In this document: positions 8,472 through 16,020 of the stretch, piece after piece
Layout: each line of letters starts with the position of its first letter
Numbering within the stretch: position 1 is the stretch's first letter
DNA from: Actinomycetota bacterium
GTDB lineage: Bacteria; Actinomycetota; Acidimicrobiia; IMCC26256; PALSA-610
Length of the DNA stretch: 43,430 bases
Assembly: GCA_036787815.1 (NCBI GenBank)
Contig: DAIQOP010000002.1
Location: 1-43,430 of the forward strand
Direction: 5' to 3'
The notes under the pieces: model-generated
What the model was told of the DNA's origin: nothing
Databases searched by the model: none
Seen by the model: the letters and a program-made list of their open reading frames with translations, nothing else
Program-made: the position numbers and the translations under genes

Positions 8472-9233
8472 TCAGCGACCTTCGAAGCGGGGCGCCCGTT
8501 TCTCGGCGAACGCGGCCATGCCCTCTTCGAGGTCGTGGGAGGCGAACGCCGCGGCCTCGAGCGCGTCGATCTCGCCCCGGGCCTCCGGCCCGAGCGCGGC
8601 AGCCGCGGCGACCAGGTTCAACGCTCGCTTGTGGCCGCGCACGGTGAGCGGCGCCAACGAGGCGATCTCGTGGGCCAGGTCTCGGGCGGCGGCGACCGGG
8701 TGGTCGGCCAATCGCTGCACGAGGCCGAGCGTCGCGCCCTCGGCCGCGTCGACCGAGCGGCCGGTGAGCAGGAAGTCGCGTGCCGCCCCCTGCCCGACGA
8801 GCATCGCGAGGCGCGCGATGTTGGTGGGGCTCAACAGGATGCCGAGCCGCCCGCCCGGGATCGAGAGCCGCGCGTCGGGCCCGGCGATACGGATGTCGCA
8901 CGCCACCGCGAGCTGCATTCCCGCCCCGATCGCGGGCCCGTGGACCGCGGCGATCACCGGCACGGGATGGTCGACGATCGCGTCGAGCACCCGCTCGAAC
9001 GCGGGGCGGAACGTGTCGGCACCGCGGCCACCGCCGTCGGCGAAGCGCGTACCGAGATCGGCGCCCGCGCAGAACGCGGAGCCCGCGCCGGTCACGACGA
9101 CAGCCAGGAGATCCCGATGCTCGGCGAGAGCGGCGCGCAGGTCGTCGCAGTGCGTCGCGTCGAGCGCGTTGCGCCTCTCGGTGCGATCGATCGTGGCGAC
9201 GCCGACCCGACCGACTGCCTCGAACCGGATCAC
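8472..9233 (-). CDS. enoyl-CoA hydratase/isomerase (crotonase) family protein
   Basis: 253 aa. Crotonase signatures VVVTGAGSAFCAGADL and AAVHGPAIGAGMQLAVACDIRIA. The first catalytic Glu position reads SIPGG, so Glu is absent. GTG start. Confidence 0.88.
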   Translation of the reverse strand: MIRFEAVGRVGVATIDRTERRNALDATHCDDLRAALAEHRDLLAVVVTGAGSAFCAGADLGTRFADGGGRGADTFRPAFERVLDAIVDHPVPVIAAVHGPAIGAGMQLAVACDIRIAGPDARLSIPGGRLGILLSPTNIARLAMLVGQGAARDFLLTGRSVDAAEGATLGLVQRLADHPVAAARDLAHEIASLAPLTVRGHKRALNLVAAAAALGPEARGEIDALEAAAFASHDLEEGMAAFAEKRAPRFEGR

Positions 9234-9263
9234 GACCGCAATCGCATCACGACCGGAACCGGA

Positions 9264-9482
9264 TCACGACTCGTCGATGAGGGCGATGAGATCGCCTTCC
9301 TGCACGGTCTGCGCCGGTTCGACGTGCAGCTCGCGCACCACCCCGGGGACCTCGGTGATCACCGGGATCTCCATCTTCATCGACTCCAGGATCACCAGCT
9401 CGGCGCCCTCGGCGACCATCTGGCCCTCTTCGACGACCACCTTCCAGACGCTGGCGGTGATCTCGGCTCTGACCTCGTGCAC
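9264..9482 (-). CDS. stand-alone 72-aa biotinyl carrier domain protein (TB7.3-like)
   Basis: VHEVRAEITASVWKVVVEEGQMVAEGAELVILESMKMEIPV... carries the biotinyl-lysine motif SMKME. Its length and N-terminus match my recollection of the mycobacterial 71-aa biotinylated protein TB7.3. The track ORF extends to ATG 9548, and I prefer GTG 9482. Confidence 0.8.
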   Translation of the reverse strand: MHEVRAEITASVWKVVVEEGQMVAEGAELVILESMKMEIPVITEVPGVVRELHVEPAQTVQEGDLIALIDES

Positions 9483-9517
9483 GGCGCAGAAGCTAGCCCC
9501 TCCGGCAAGCGGCGAGC

Positions 9518-9582
9518 GGAGCGAGCACGCGACCCGGCTCGCTCCCATCCCGCGTCATGTCGGGCGAGCTTGCGAGCCCGAC
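9518..9582 (-). other. two GC-rich hairpins between the carboxyltransferase stop and the biotin-carrier start
   Basis: GGAGCGAGC (9518-9526) pairs with GCTCGCTCC (9537-9545), 9 bp with a 10-nt loop. GTCGGGC (9559-9565) pairs with GCCCGAC (9576-9582), 7 bp with a 10-nt loop. Confidence 0.5.
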
Positions 9583-9585
9583 CAT

Positions 9586-11217
9586 CTACACCGGCAGGAC
9601 TCCGTGCTTGCGCCAGGGGCGATCGACGCGCTTGGACGCCGAGATCGCGAGCCCGCGGGCGATCGCGGCCCGGGTGTCGGCCGGGTCGATCACGTCGTCG
9701 AGCTGACCGTGACCGGCCGCGACGTACGGGTCGATGTGGGCGCGGATCTCCTCCGCGAGCTCGAGCCGCCGCTGCGCCTGCTGCTCCTCGGGAACCGCCT
9801 CGAGGGTGCGCCGGTGGATGATCGCGACCGCGCCGTCGGGCCCCATCACCGCGATCTCGGCGGTCGGCCAGGCGACGATGTAGTCCGCCTCGTACGCGAG
9901 CCCGTTCATGACGAAGTACCCGGCCCCGTAGCTCTTGCGCATCACAACGCTGATCTTCGGCACCGTCGCCTCCGACACCGCGAACAGCATCTTGGCGCCG
10001 TGGCGGATGATCCCCTGCTTCTCGACCGCCGAGCCCACGATGAACCCGGGCACGTCGTGCAGGAAGACGAGCGGGATGTTGAACGCATCACAGAGCCAGA
10101 CGAAGCGCGCGGCCTTGTCGGCCGCGTTCACGTCGAGCGCGCCCCCGAGCACCATTGGCTGGTTGGCGACGACACCGATCGGCGCGCCGCCGATGCGCGC
10201 GAATCCGGTCACGATGTTCTTCGCCCAGTCGGGCTTCATCCAGAACACGTCGCCGTCGTCGGCGATCGCGGTCACGACCTTGCGGACGTCGTACGCGCGC
10301 CGGGGCGCGGTCGGCACGATGTCGTAGAGCTCCTCGACCCTGCGGTCGACGGGGTCGCTGCACTCGCGCGTCGGCGGGGGCTCCCCGTTGTGCGACGGGA
10401 AGAACGAGAGGTAGCGGCGGACGGTGTCGAGGCAGGCCCGGTCGTCGGCGACCTCGAGATCGGCGACCCCCGAGATCTTCGTGTGCACCCCCGAACCGCC
10501 CATCTCGTCCTCGGTGACGTCTTCGCCGACCGCGGCCTTCACGAGATGACGACCGCCGAGGGCCATCGACGACGTGCCCTTCACCATCGGCACGAAGTCG
10601 GCGAGCCCGGGGATGTAGGCGGTTCCGGCGGCGCAATGACCGAGCATCGCGGCGACCATCGGCACGACACCGCTCATCGCGACCTGCTCGCGGAACAGAT
10701 CGCCGGCCCCCGCGAACGACGAACCGCTGGTCGCCTGGATGCGCGCACCCGCGGAGTCGAGCAGCCACACCATCGGCATGCGCTTGCCGAGCGCGTGGGC
10801 GCGGAGGCGCTTGATCTTCTCCTCGCCGACGCGCCCCATCGAGCCGGCCATCACGGTGAAGTCGTACGCCGCGATCGCGACCGGGCGCCCGTCGATCGTG
10901 CCGACTCCCGTCACCGCGCCGTCGGCGGCGAGGTACCGGTCGCCGAGGCCGGCGTCCATGTGGTCGGCGAGCAGCCCGTACTCGACCCACGAGCCCGGAT
11001 CGACGAGCAGCTCCAGCCGCTCGCGCACGGTCAACTTGCCGAGCGAGTGCTGACGGGCGACGAGATCGGTGCCACCCATCTCGAGCGCGCGCTCCTTGCG
11101 ACGCGCGAGCTCGCCGATGAGCGGCCCCCAGTCGTGGACGTCGCCACCCGCGCTCGAGACCGGGCTCCCGGTCGGCGGAGGGACGGCTGCTTCGGGGCTC
11201 TTCGGGTCGGGGCTCAT
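9586..11217 (-). CDS. acyl-CoA carboxylase carboxyltransferase (beta) subunit, propionyl/methylcrotonyl-CoA carboxylase type
   Basis: C-terminal 543 codons of track ORF 9586..12174(-). MSPDPKSPE...LVARQHSLGKLTVRERLELLVDPGSWVEYG... and both carboxyltransferase halves are recognisable. ATG 11217 overlaps the upstream stop (ATGA). Confidence 0.9.
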   Translation of the reverse strand: MSPDPKSPEAAVPPPTGSPVSSAGGDVHDWGPLIGELARRKERALEMGGTDLVARQHSLGKLTVRERLELLVDPGSWVEYGLLADHMDAGLGDRYLAADGAVTGVGTIDGRPVAIAAYDFTVMAGSMGRVGEEKIKRLRAHALGKRMPMVWLLDSAGARIQATSGSSFAGAGDLFREQVAMSGVVPMVAAMLGHCAAGTAYIPGLADFVPMVKGTSSMALGGRHLVKAAVGEDVTEDEMGGSGVHTKISGVADLEVADDRACLDTVRRYLSFFPSHNGEPPPTRECSDPVDRRVEELYDIVPTAPRRAYDVRKVVTAIADDGDVFWMKPDWAKNIVTGFARIGGAPIGVVANQPMVLGGALDVNAADKAARFVWLCDAFNIPLVFLHDVPGFIVGSAVEKQGIIRHGAKMLFAVSEATVPKISVVMRKSYGAGYFVMNGLAYEADYIVAWPTAEIAVMGPDGAVAIIHRRTLEAVPEEQQAQRRLELAEEIRAHIDPYVAAGHGQLDDVIDPADTRAAIARGLAISASKRVDRPWRKHGVLPV

Positions 11218-12008
11218 CGACCGCTCCATTCGGGCGGGCGCTTCTGCGCGAACGCGGTGACGCCCTCGGCCGCGTCCTCGGTCTGGGTGGTGATCGAGAG
11301 CATTGTCTGGAGGTAGGCGAGCGCGCCGTCGGAGTCGGGCTGCTCGAGCACCCGATAGAAGGAATCGCGACCCCAGCGCATGATCAACGGCGACTTGGCG
11401 GCGAGCGTCGCGGCGAGCGCGTCGACCGTTGGATCGAGCTCCGCGGCGGGAACGACCGTCGTGACGAAACCGAGGCGCTCCGCTTCGGCGGCGTTCACCC
11501 GGCGACCCGTCATCATCAGCTCGAGCACCCGCTTCGGCGGCAGCGAGCGCAGCAGCGGCACCGTGATCATGTAGGGCCAGAGACCGACGTCGATCTCTGG
11601 GGTCCCGAAGATCGCGTCGTCGGCCGCCACGATCAGATCGCAGGCGCAGGCGAGACCGAAGCCACCGGCGAGCGCGTAGCCGCGCACCCGGGCGATCGTC
11701 GGCTTGCCGAGGCCGTACATCGCCCGGAACAGGTCGGCGAGCAGGCCGCGCGCGTCGTGCACCGCGGCCGGTCCGGCGTTCTCGGCGATGCCACCGAGGT
11801 CGGCCCCCGCGCAGAACGCGCGGTCGCCGGCACCGGTGAGCACGACGACGCGCACGACGTCGTCGGCCCGGGCCCGGGCAACGGCGTCGAGCAGCCCCTG
11901 CATGACCCCGAACGACATCGCGTTGCGCCGCTCCGGACGATCGATCGTGACCCGCGCGATCGCCCCGTCGACCTCGTACCGAACCTCGGATCCGCTCACG
12001 CCCGGCAT
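11214..12008 (-). CDS. enoyl-CoA hydratase (canonical crotonase; methylglutaconyl-CoA hydratase-like by context)
   Basis: C-terminal 264 codons of track ORF 11214..12275(-). VLTGAGDRAFCAGADL, both catalytic Glu positions are present (FGTPEIDVG and VLELMMTG). ATG at 12008. Confidence 0.88.
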   Translation of the reverse strand: MPGVSGSEVRYEVDGAIARVTIDRPERRNAMSFGVMQGLLDAVARARADDVVRVVVLTGAGDRAFCAGADLGGIAENAGPAAVHDARGLLADLFRAMYGLGKPTIARVRGYALAGGFGLACACDLIVAADDAIFGTPEIDVGLWPYMITVPLLRSLPPKRVLELMMTGRRVNAAEAERLGFVTTVVPAAELDPTVDALAATLAAKSPLIMRWGRDSFYRVLEQPDSDGALAYLQTMLSITTQTEDAAEGVTAFAQKRPPEWSGR

Positions 12009-12222
12009 CGTAGGGCGGAGCGCCCATCCCGCGTCCGGAGCGGCGAGCGCAGCGAGTGCGACCGGACAAGCACCGAGCGCAACCGTCGGCGCCAGAGCGG
12101 TGAGCGAAGCGAACAAGCGACCCGCCCCACTCCCACCCCGCGTCAGGCGCAGCGAGCGGGCGGACACAGGACAAACGTGAGCATCACCCAAATCCAGCGA
12201 GCGCGCCCATAAGAATGCATAT

Positions 12223-13014
12223 GTGTCGTTTCTCGGCCTCGTGGTGCTCGTCGCTGCGCTGGTCCCGGTCCTCACGGGCGGCAGCTACCGCCGACTCGCC
12301 GACGCGCCCTGGCGCTGGGGCGGCCTTCTCGCGCTCGGCCTCGGCCTGCAACTCCTGCTCGACACCGGCGTGATCCCCCGCTCCAGCTGGCACAACGTCG
12401 GGTTCGGCATCCTCGTCGCGTCGTACGTGATCCTCGTCGGCTTCTGCGCGGGCAACGTGCTCGTGCGGGGCATGGCGGTCGTGCTGATCGGCGTCGCGCT
12501 CAACGGCTTCGTCGTCACGATCGACCAGGGCATGCCGGTGCGGATCCCACCCGACTGGCAGCGCGGGCAGAACGCGATCAGCGCGACGGTGAAGCACCAC
12601 CCGCGTGAGCCCGGCGATCACCTGCTCGTGCTCACCGACATCATCGTGCTGCGCCGCCTGAACGCGATCATCTCCTTCGGCGACCTGATCATCGCGTTCG
12701 GCCTCGTCGACGCGACCTACTGGGCCAGCCGCCGCGCCCGGCGCTCGCGTGCGCAGTCGCCCCTGCAACTTCGCGACATCGCTCCCGGGGCGCCCCAAGC
12801 CGGCGTTCCCGCCGCCGACGTGACCGGGGCACCGGCCCCGGTCGCCGTCGGGACCCGTCGGGGGCGTACCGCCGGCGCGACGCGGAAACCGGCCCGGCAA
12901 CCCGTCAGCGCCGGAGTCGGACGCGAACCCGCTGCCGATCGATCAGCGCCGGCGCGGACGCCGCACCCGACCGTCGCGATCCAGGATGCGCTCGAGCGCC
13001 TCGAGCGCTCGTGA
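12223..13014 (+). CDS. polytopic membrane protein, DUF5317-like, with a low-complexity basic tail
   Basis: 263 aa, GTG start, 5-6 hydrophobic helices in the first ~170 aa. The family call is from memory of DUF5317 proteins and is not verified. The 3' end overlaps the convergent gene by 72 nt. Confidence 0.65.
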   Translation: MSFLGLVVLVAALVPVLTGGSYRRLADAPWRWGGLLALGLGLQLLLDTGVIPRSSWHNVGFGILVASYVILVGFCAGNVLVRGMAVVLIGVALNGFVVTIDQGMPVRIPPDWQRGQNAISATVKHHPREPGDHLLVLTDIIVLRRLNAIISFGDLIIAFGLVDATYWASRRARRSRAQSPLQLRDIAPGAPQAGVPAADVTGAPAPVAVGTRRGRTAGATRKPARQPVSAGVGREPAADRSAPARTPHPTVAIQDALERLERS

Positions 13015-14148
13015 GTCGTACACGTAGCCGGGGCTCGAATACAGGACCTCGAGCGCTGCGGCCGACCGGTCGGCGGCGCCTTCGGTGAGATCGTCGAACG
13101 CACTCGCGACCTTCAACGCCTGGCTCGCGACCGCAACCGGCGAACCCCGACGCGGCGACGGCAGGCGCAGCGCGTCGCGCGCACCCATCGACTCCCCCGC
13201 GACGATCTCGGCGGCCGCGTGCAGCGGGTCGATCTCACGGAGGAGCGCGGCGGTCACCGTCGCGACCTCACGGAGATCGGGACGCGCGCCGGGAGGCGGT
13301 TCGTCGAGCGTCACCTGACCGACGTGGTGGAGCAACGCGGCGGTCTCGAGGTTCTCGAGGTGCGCGTCGTCGAGATCGAGCTCGCGCCCGATCTGCGAGG
13401 CGAGGGCCGCCACGCGCGTCGCGTGCCCGGGTCGCACCACCCCACCGAGCTCGGGTGCCATGGCGAGCGCCTCGATGGTCTGGCGGTAGGTGCGGCTGAT
13501 CGAGTCGAGACGCTCGAACGAGTACCAGGTGCCGAGGAGCGGGATCGAGAAGAGCAGCGGTCCCCACACGCCGAGCTCGCCGCGCCCGTTGACGCCCGAG
13601 TACCCGACCGACATGAGCACCGCGCACGACCCGAGCGCGCTCCACGCGACGGTCCCGCGTCCGGCCAGCCCGCTGCCGCGGCGGAACCCGACGCGCAGCA
13701 ACTCGTCGACGACGATGGCCCCGATCACCGTGACCACGAGCGCACCGAGCACCGCACCGAGATGTCCGTGACTTCCGAACGCCTGGCGGGCGACGCGATA
13801 CGTGCCGAGCGCGCCGGCCGCGACCAGCACCCTCTGGATTCCGATCCCCACGCGTGCCAGGGCCCGGCGAGGCTCGACCCGCACGACAATCGCCACGAGC
13901 TCGGCTCCCACGACCAGCGCCGCGGCCGCGGCCGGCTCGAACGTGGTGACGAGCACGAGAAGCATCGCGTACGACAGGGGCAGGCCGGTGCCGTCGTCGA
14001 GGCGCAGCACCAGCAACTCACCCAGCACGACTCCGGCGGCGAGCAACACCGCGCCGGCCGCCGTCGAATGCGGCTGCGCCGCGTGCACGGTGACGGTCGC
14101 GACGAGGCTGCCCACCACGGCCCACGCGATGCGGAAGCGCAACCTCAT
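12943..14148 (-). CDS. polytopic membrane protein with a degenerate HD(-GYP-like) domain
   Basis: 401 aa with ~7 N-terminal TM helices. The C-terminal domain aligns by eye to the upstream paralog, but the HD dyad reads AALLHHVGQV (HD to HH). ATG 14148 overlaps the upstream stop (ATGA). Confidence 0.8.
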   Translation of the reverse strand: MRLRFRIAWAVVGSLVATVTVHAAQPHSTAAGAVLLAAGVVLGELLVLRLDDGTGLPLSYAMLLVLVTTFEPAAAAALVVGAELVAIVVRVEPRRALARVGIGIQRVLVAAGALGTYRVARQAFGSHGHLGAVLGALVVTVIGAIVVDELLRVGFRRGSGLAGRGTVAWSALGSCAVLMSVGYSGVNGRGELGVWGPLLFSIPLLGTWYSFERLDSISRTYRQTIEALAMAPELGGVVRPGHATRVAALASQIGRELDLDDAHLENLETAALLHHVGQVTLDEPPPGARPDLREVATVTAALLREIDPLHAAAEIVAGESMGARDALRLPSPRRGSPVAVASQALKVASAFDDLTEGAADRSAAALEVLYSSPGYVYDSRALEALERILDRDGRVRRPRRR

Positions 14149-15521
14149 CGCCGACGCTCCGCCGCGTCGCCATCCGCCCGTTCGGCGTCACGGTGCTCTT
14201 CGGCATCACCGATCAGGTCGCCGAGACCGGCCGAGCCGACACCGGCTTCGGGGGGCGTGAACTGCCAATGGGGCTGCACCGCCGCGGCGTCGACGTCGTG
14301 CGCCGCGCCGATGCGCTCGAGCGCGCGGATCAGCGCGTCGGCGCACTCCGGGTGGAACTGGGTCCCGGCCTTGTCGCGCAGCTCCTCGATCGCGACGTCG
14401 CGCGGGAGCGCCAGCCGGTACGACCGGGTCGAGGTCATCGCGTCGTAGGCGTCGGCGACCATCACGATGTAGGGCTCGATCGGATGCTTGGCGTCGTCGG
14501 GCTGGTACTCCGTGTGCTCGCTGAGCGACGACTGCGCGACCGGCGCGAGGAAATCGATGTGCGACAGCATCTGCGCCGACACGCTCTCGTGCATGCGCAC
14601 GCGGGCGAACTCCTCGGCCGTGAGCTTGCCCGGCTTGTTGAGAAGATGGTTCGGGACGACGAGCTTGCCGATGTCGTGCATGAGCGCGGCGAATCGCAGT
14701 CGCTCGAGCCGGGCGGGTGTGAAGCGCAGCTCCTCGCCGATGAGGCGCGCGTAGTTCGCGACGCGCTCGGCGTGGCCCGCCGTGTAGCGGTCCTTGGCCT
14801 CGAGCGCGCGCACGAGCATCTGCACGGTCTCCTCGTTCGCGCGCTTCACCTCCAGGTAGGACGCGAACGTGTCGCGCGCGACGAGGATCGGCACGACGAG
14901 CAGGAGCACGACCGCCGGACCGACGTCGAGGTACAGCCGTCCGAGGCAGACGCCGACGAACGCGAACGGCACCGCCTGCACGAGCGACGGCCCGAGTGCC
15001 TGCGCCAGCTCGCGCACCGGGCGACCGTCTTCGATCACGTACGACGCCGCGAGCAACGCCCAGTTGACGAGCACGAACGTCAGGGTTGCGGGCACCGCCG
15101 CGAGCAGCGCCGCGGGCATCTCCGCCGCCGGCCAGTGCGGCACCGCGCTGTACGCGACCGCAGCGGCCGAGTAGGCCAGGGCGAACACGCCCGCGTTGAA
15201 GACGATCCACCCGCGACGGCCGCGACGGAAGTGCGGGAGGTACAGCGCGCTCGCGACACCGACGAGCAGCGGACCGAGGAGCGCCCCGTCGCGGTCGAAC
15301 ACCACGATCGCGGCCATGCAGATCATCAGGCTGGCGCTCACCGCGACCCCGTTGGGGAGCACGACGCGCCGGTGCTCGCTGAAGATCATGAGCGCGCCGA
15401 ACAGCACGAGCGGGAGGGCGGCGGGCGCCGGTCGCAGCAGGCCGCACGTGACGGCTACCGCGACCGCGGCCCCGAGCACCGCTCCGGTGAGCCAGCGCAA
15501 CTGCGAGGGGAAGGTCGACAC
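14145..15521 (-). CDS. polytopic membrane HD-domain phosphohydrolase (HD-GYP family-like, no GYP tripeptide)
   Basis: GHAERVANYARLIGEEL, AALMHDIGKLVVPNHLLNKPGKLT and VADAYDAMTSTRSYR follow ~8 TM helices. The track ORF starts at TTG 15629. I prefer GTG 15521 (VSTFPSQLRWLTG...) because the extension is non-hydrophobic, Arg/Pro-rich and overlaps an inverted repeat. The start is uncertain. Confidence 0.85.
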   Translation of the reverse strand: MSTFPSQLRWLTGAVLGAAVAVAVTCGLLRPAPAALPLVLFGALMIFSEHRRVVLPNGVAVSASLMICMAAIVVFDRDGALLGPLLVGVASALYLPHFRRGRRGWIVFNAGVFALAYSAAAVAYSAVPHWPAAEMPAALLAAVPATLTFVLVNWALLAASYVIEDGRPVRELAQALGPSLVQAVPFAFVGVCLGRLYLDVGPAVVLLLVVPILVARDTFASYLEVKRANEETVQMLVRALEAKDRYTAGHAERVANYARLIGEELRFTPARLERLRFAALMHDIGKLVVPNHLLNKPGKLTAEEFARVRMHESVSAQMLSHIDFLAPVAQSSLSEHTEYQPDDAKHPIEPYIVMVADAYDAMTSTRSYRLALPRDVAIEELRDKAGTQFHPECADALIRALERIGAAHDVDAAAVQPHWQFTPPEAGVGSAGLGDLIGDAEEHRDAERADGDAAERRR

Positions 15522-15547
15522 CAGGTTTCTTCTCGGCTGGGAAACGG

Positions 15548-15808
15548 TCCTCCGGAGGGAGGCGGCAGGGTCTGGGCCGGGCGGCTCGCCTGCTCGCTCA
15601 GTGGCGCGACCAATGCGCGCCGCCGGCAAGCAGTATTGCCATGAGACTCGAAGCCATGACCGTGAGACGGACTGTGGTCTTCTTCACCGAGACCTCCCGT
15701 GCTTCGGCGTCCCGCCGCTTCGCTGTTCCGGCGGACTGCATCGCTTCGCTGAGGTGGTGAGAAAGTCGTCCGCCCGGCCCGAGACCCTGCCGTCTGCGTC
15801 CGGAGGAG
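15548..15808. repeat. 261-bp element bounded by imperfect 37/39-nt inverted repeats (candidate structured ncRNA or MITE)
   Basis: TCCTCCGGAGGGAGGCGGCAGGGTCTGGGCCGGGCGG (15548-15584) matches the reverse complement of CCGCCCGGCCCGAGACCCTGCCGTCTGCGTCCGGAGGAG (15770-15808) at 34 of 38 aligned positions with one 1-nt bulge. The interior is 185 nt with several short GC hairpins. Confidence 0.7.
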
Positions 15809-15940
15809 ATGCGATTCGAGACCTTGCGCGCCCCCTGCCCCCGTCGTCGTATCCCACACGAACCACTCCAGTGTCACCGCCACCGCGAGCGCCGCGCAAG
15901 GGTCAGTCGGCGTGCCGCCATGCTCCGCGCGATCGTCACC

Positions 15941-15976
15941 ACGCAACGCGTTGCCAACACGCCTGGCGCGTTGCGT
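15941..15976 (+). promoter_or_regulatory. candidate operator: perfect 12-bp palindrome GCAACGCGTTGC plus a repeated half-site
   Basis: GCAACGCGTTGC at 15943-15954. ACGCAACGCG (15941-15950) is the exact reverse complement of CGCGTTGCGT (15967-15976). The site lies 45-80 bp upstream of ATG 16021. Confidence 0.35.
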
Positions 15977-16007
15977 CGCGGTCCGCGTTCTCGCCACCGA
16001 GCGGACG

Positions 16008-16013
16008 TAGTCT
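16008..16013 (+). promoter_or_regulatory. candidate -10 box TAGTCT, 7 nt before ATG 16021 (leaderless-type)
   Basis: TANNNT hexamer at the spacing expected for a transcript starting at the start codon. Confidence 0.4.
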
Positions 16014-16020
16014 CGCCACG

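Noticed and set aside
8518-11316. 932-aa ORF on the plus strand. Similar giants are 21721..24750(+) 1009 aa, 1393..3240(+) 615 aa, 33888..35816(+) 642 aa and 14193..15644(+) 483 aa.
   Set aside because: They are antisense to genes with unmistakable family motifs. Their translations are Arg/Ala/Pro/Gly/Asp-rich low-complexity strings, typical of stop-poor shadow frames in ~70% GC DNA.
14145-15629. Track start (TTG 15629) for the HD-domain protein
   Set aside because: The 36 extra codons are Arg/Pro/Gly-rich and non-hydrophobic, and they run into the left arm of the inverted repeat. GTG 15521, directly before the first TM helix, is preferred but not proven.
15641-15760. 39-codon ATG ORF (MRLEAMTVRRTVVFFTETSRASASRRFAVPADCIASLRW) inside the inverted-repeat element
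   Set aside because: It has no ribosome-binding site or -10 box at a sensible distance. It uses rare AGA codons twice, and third-position GC (~76%) is below that of neighbouring genes. It is kept only as a remote possibility.
15755-15775. GGTGAGAAAGTCGTCCGCC resembling the RNase P GAGGAAAGUCCGGGC box
   Set aside because: The match is imperfect, and none of the other conserved RNase P segments (e.g. ACAGAAnnCGGCUUA) are present in the gap.
15832-15902. C-rich segment CCCCCTGCCCCC enclosed by a 9-bp stem (CCTTGCGCG/CGCGCAAGG), reminiscent of actinobacterial 6C RNA
   Set aside because: There is only one C-run, and it is not displayed in a hairpin loop. The two-hairpin 6C architecture is not reproduced.
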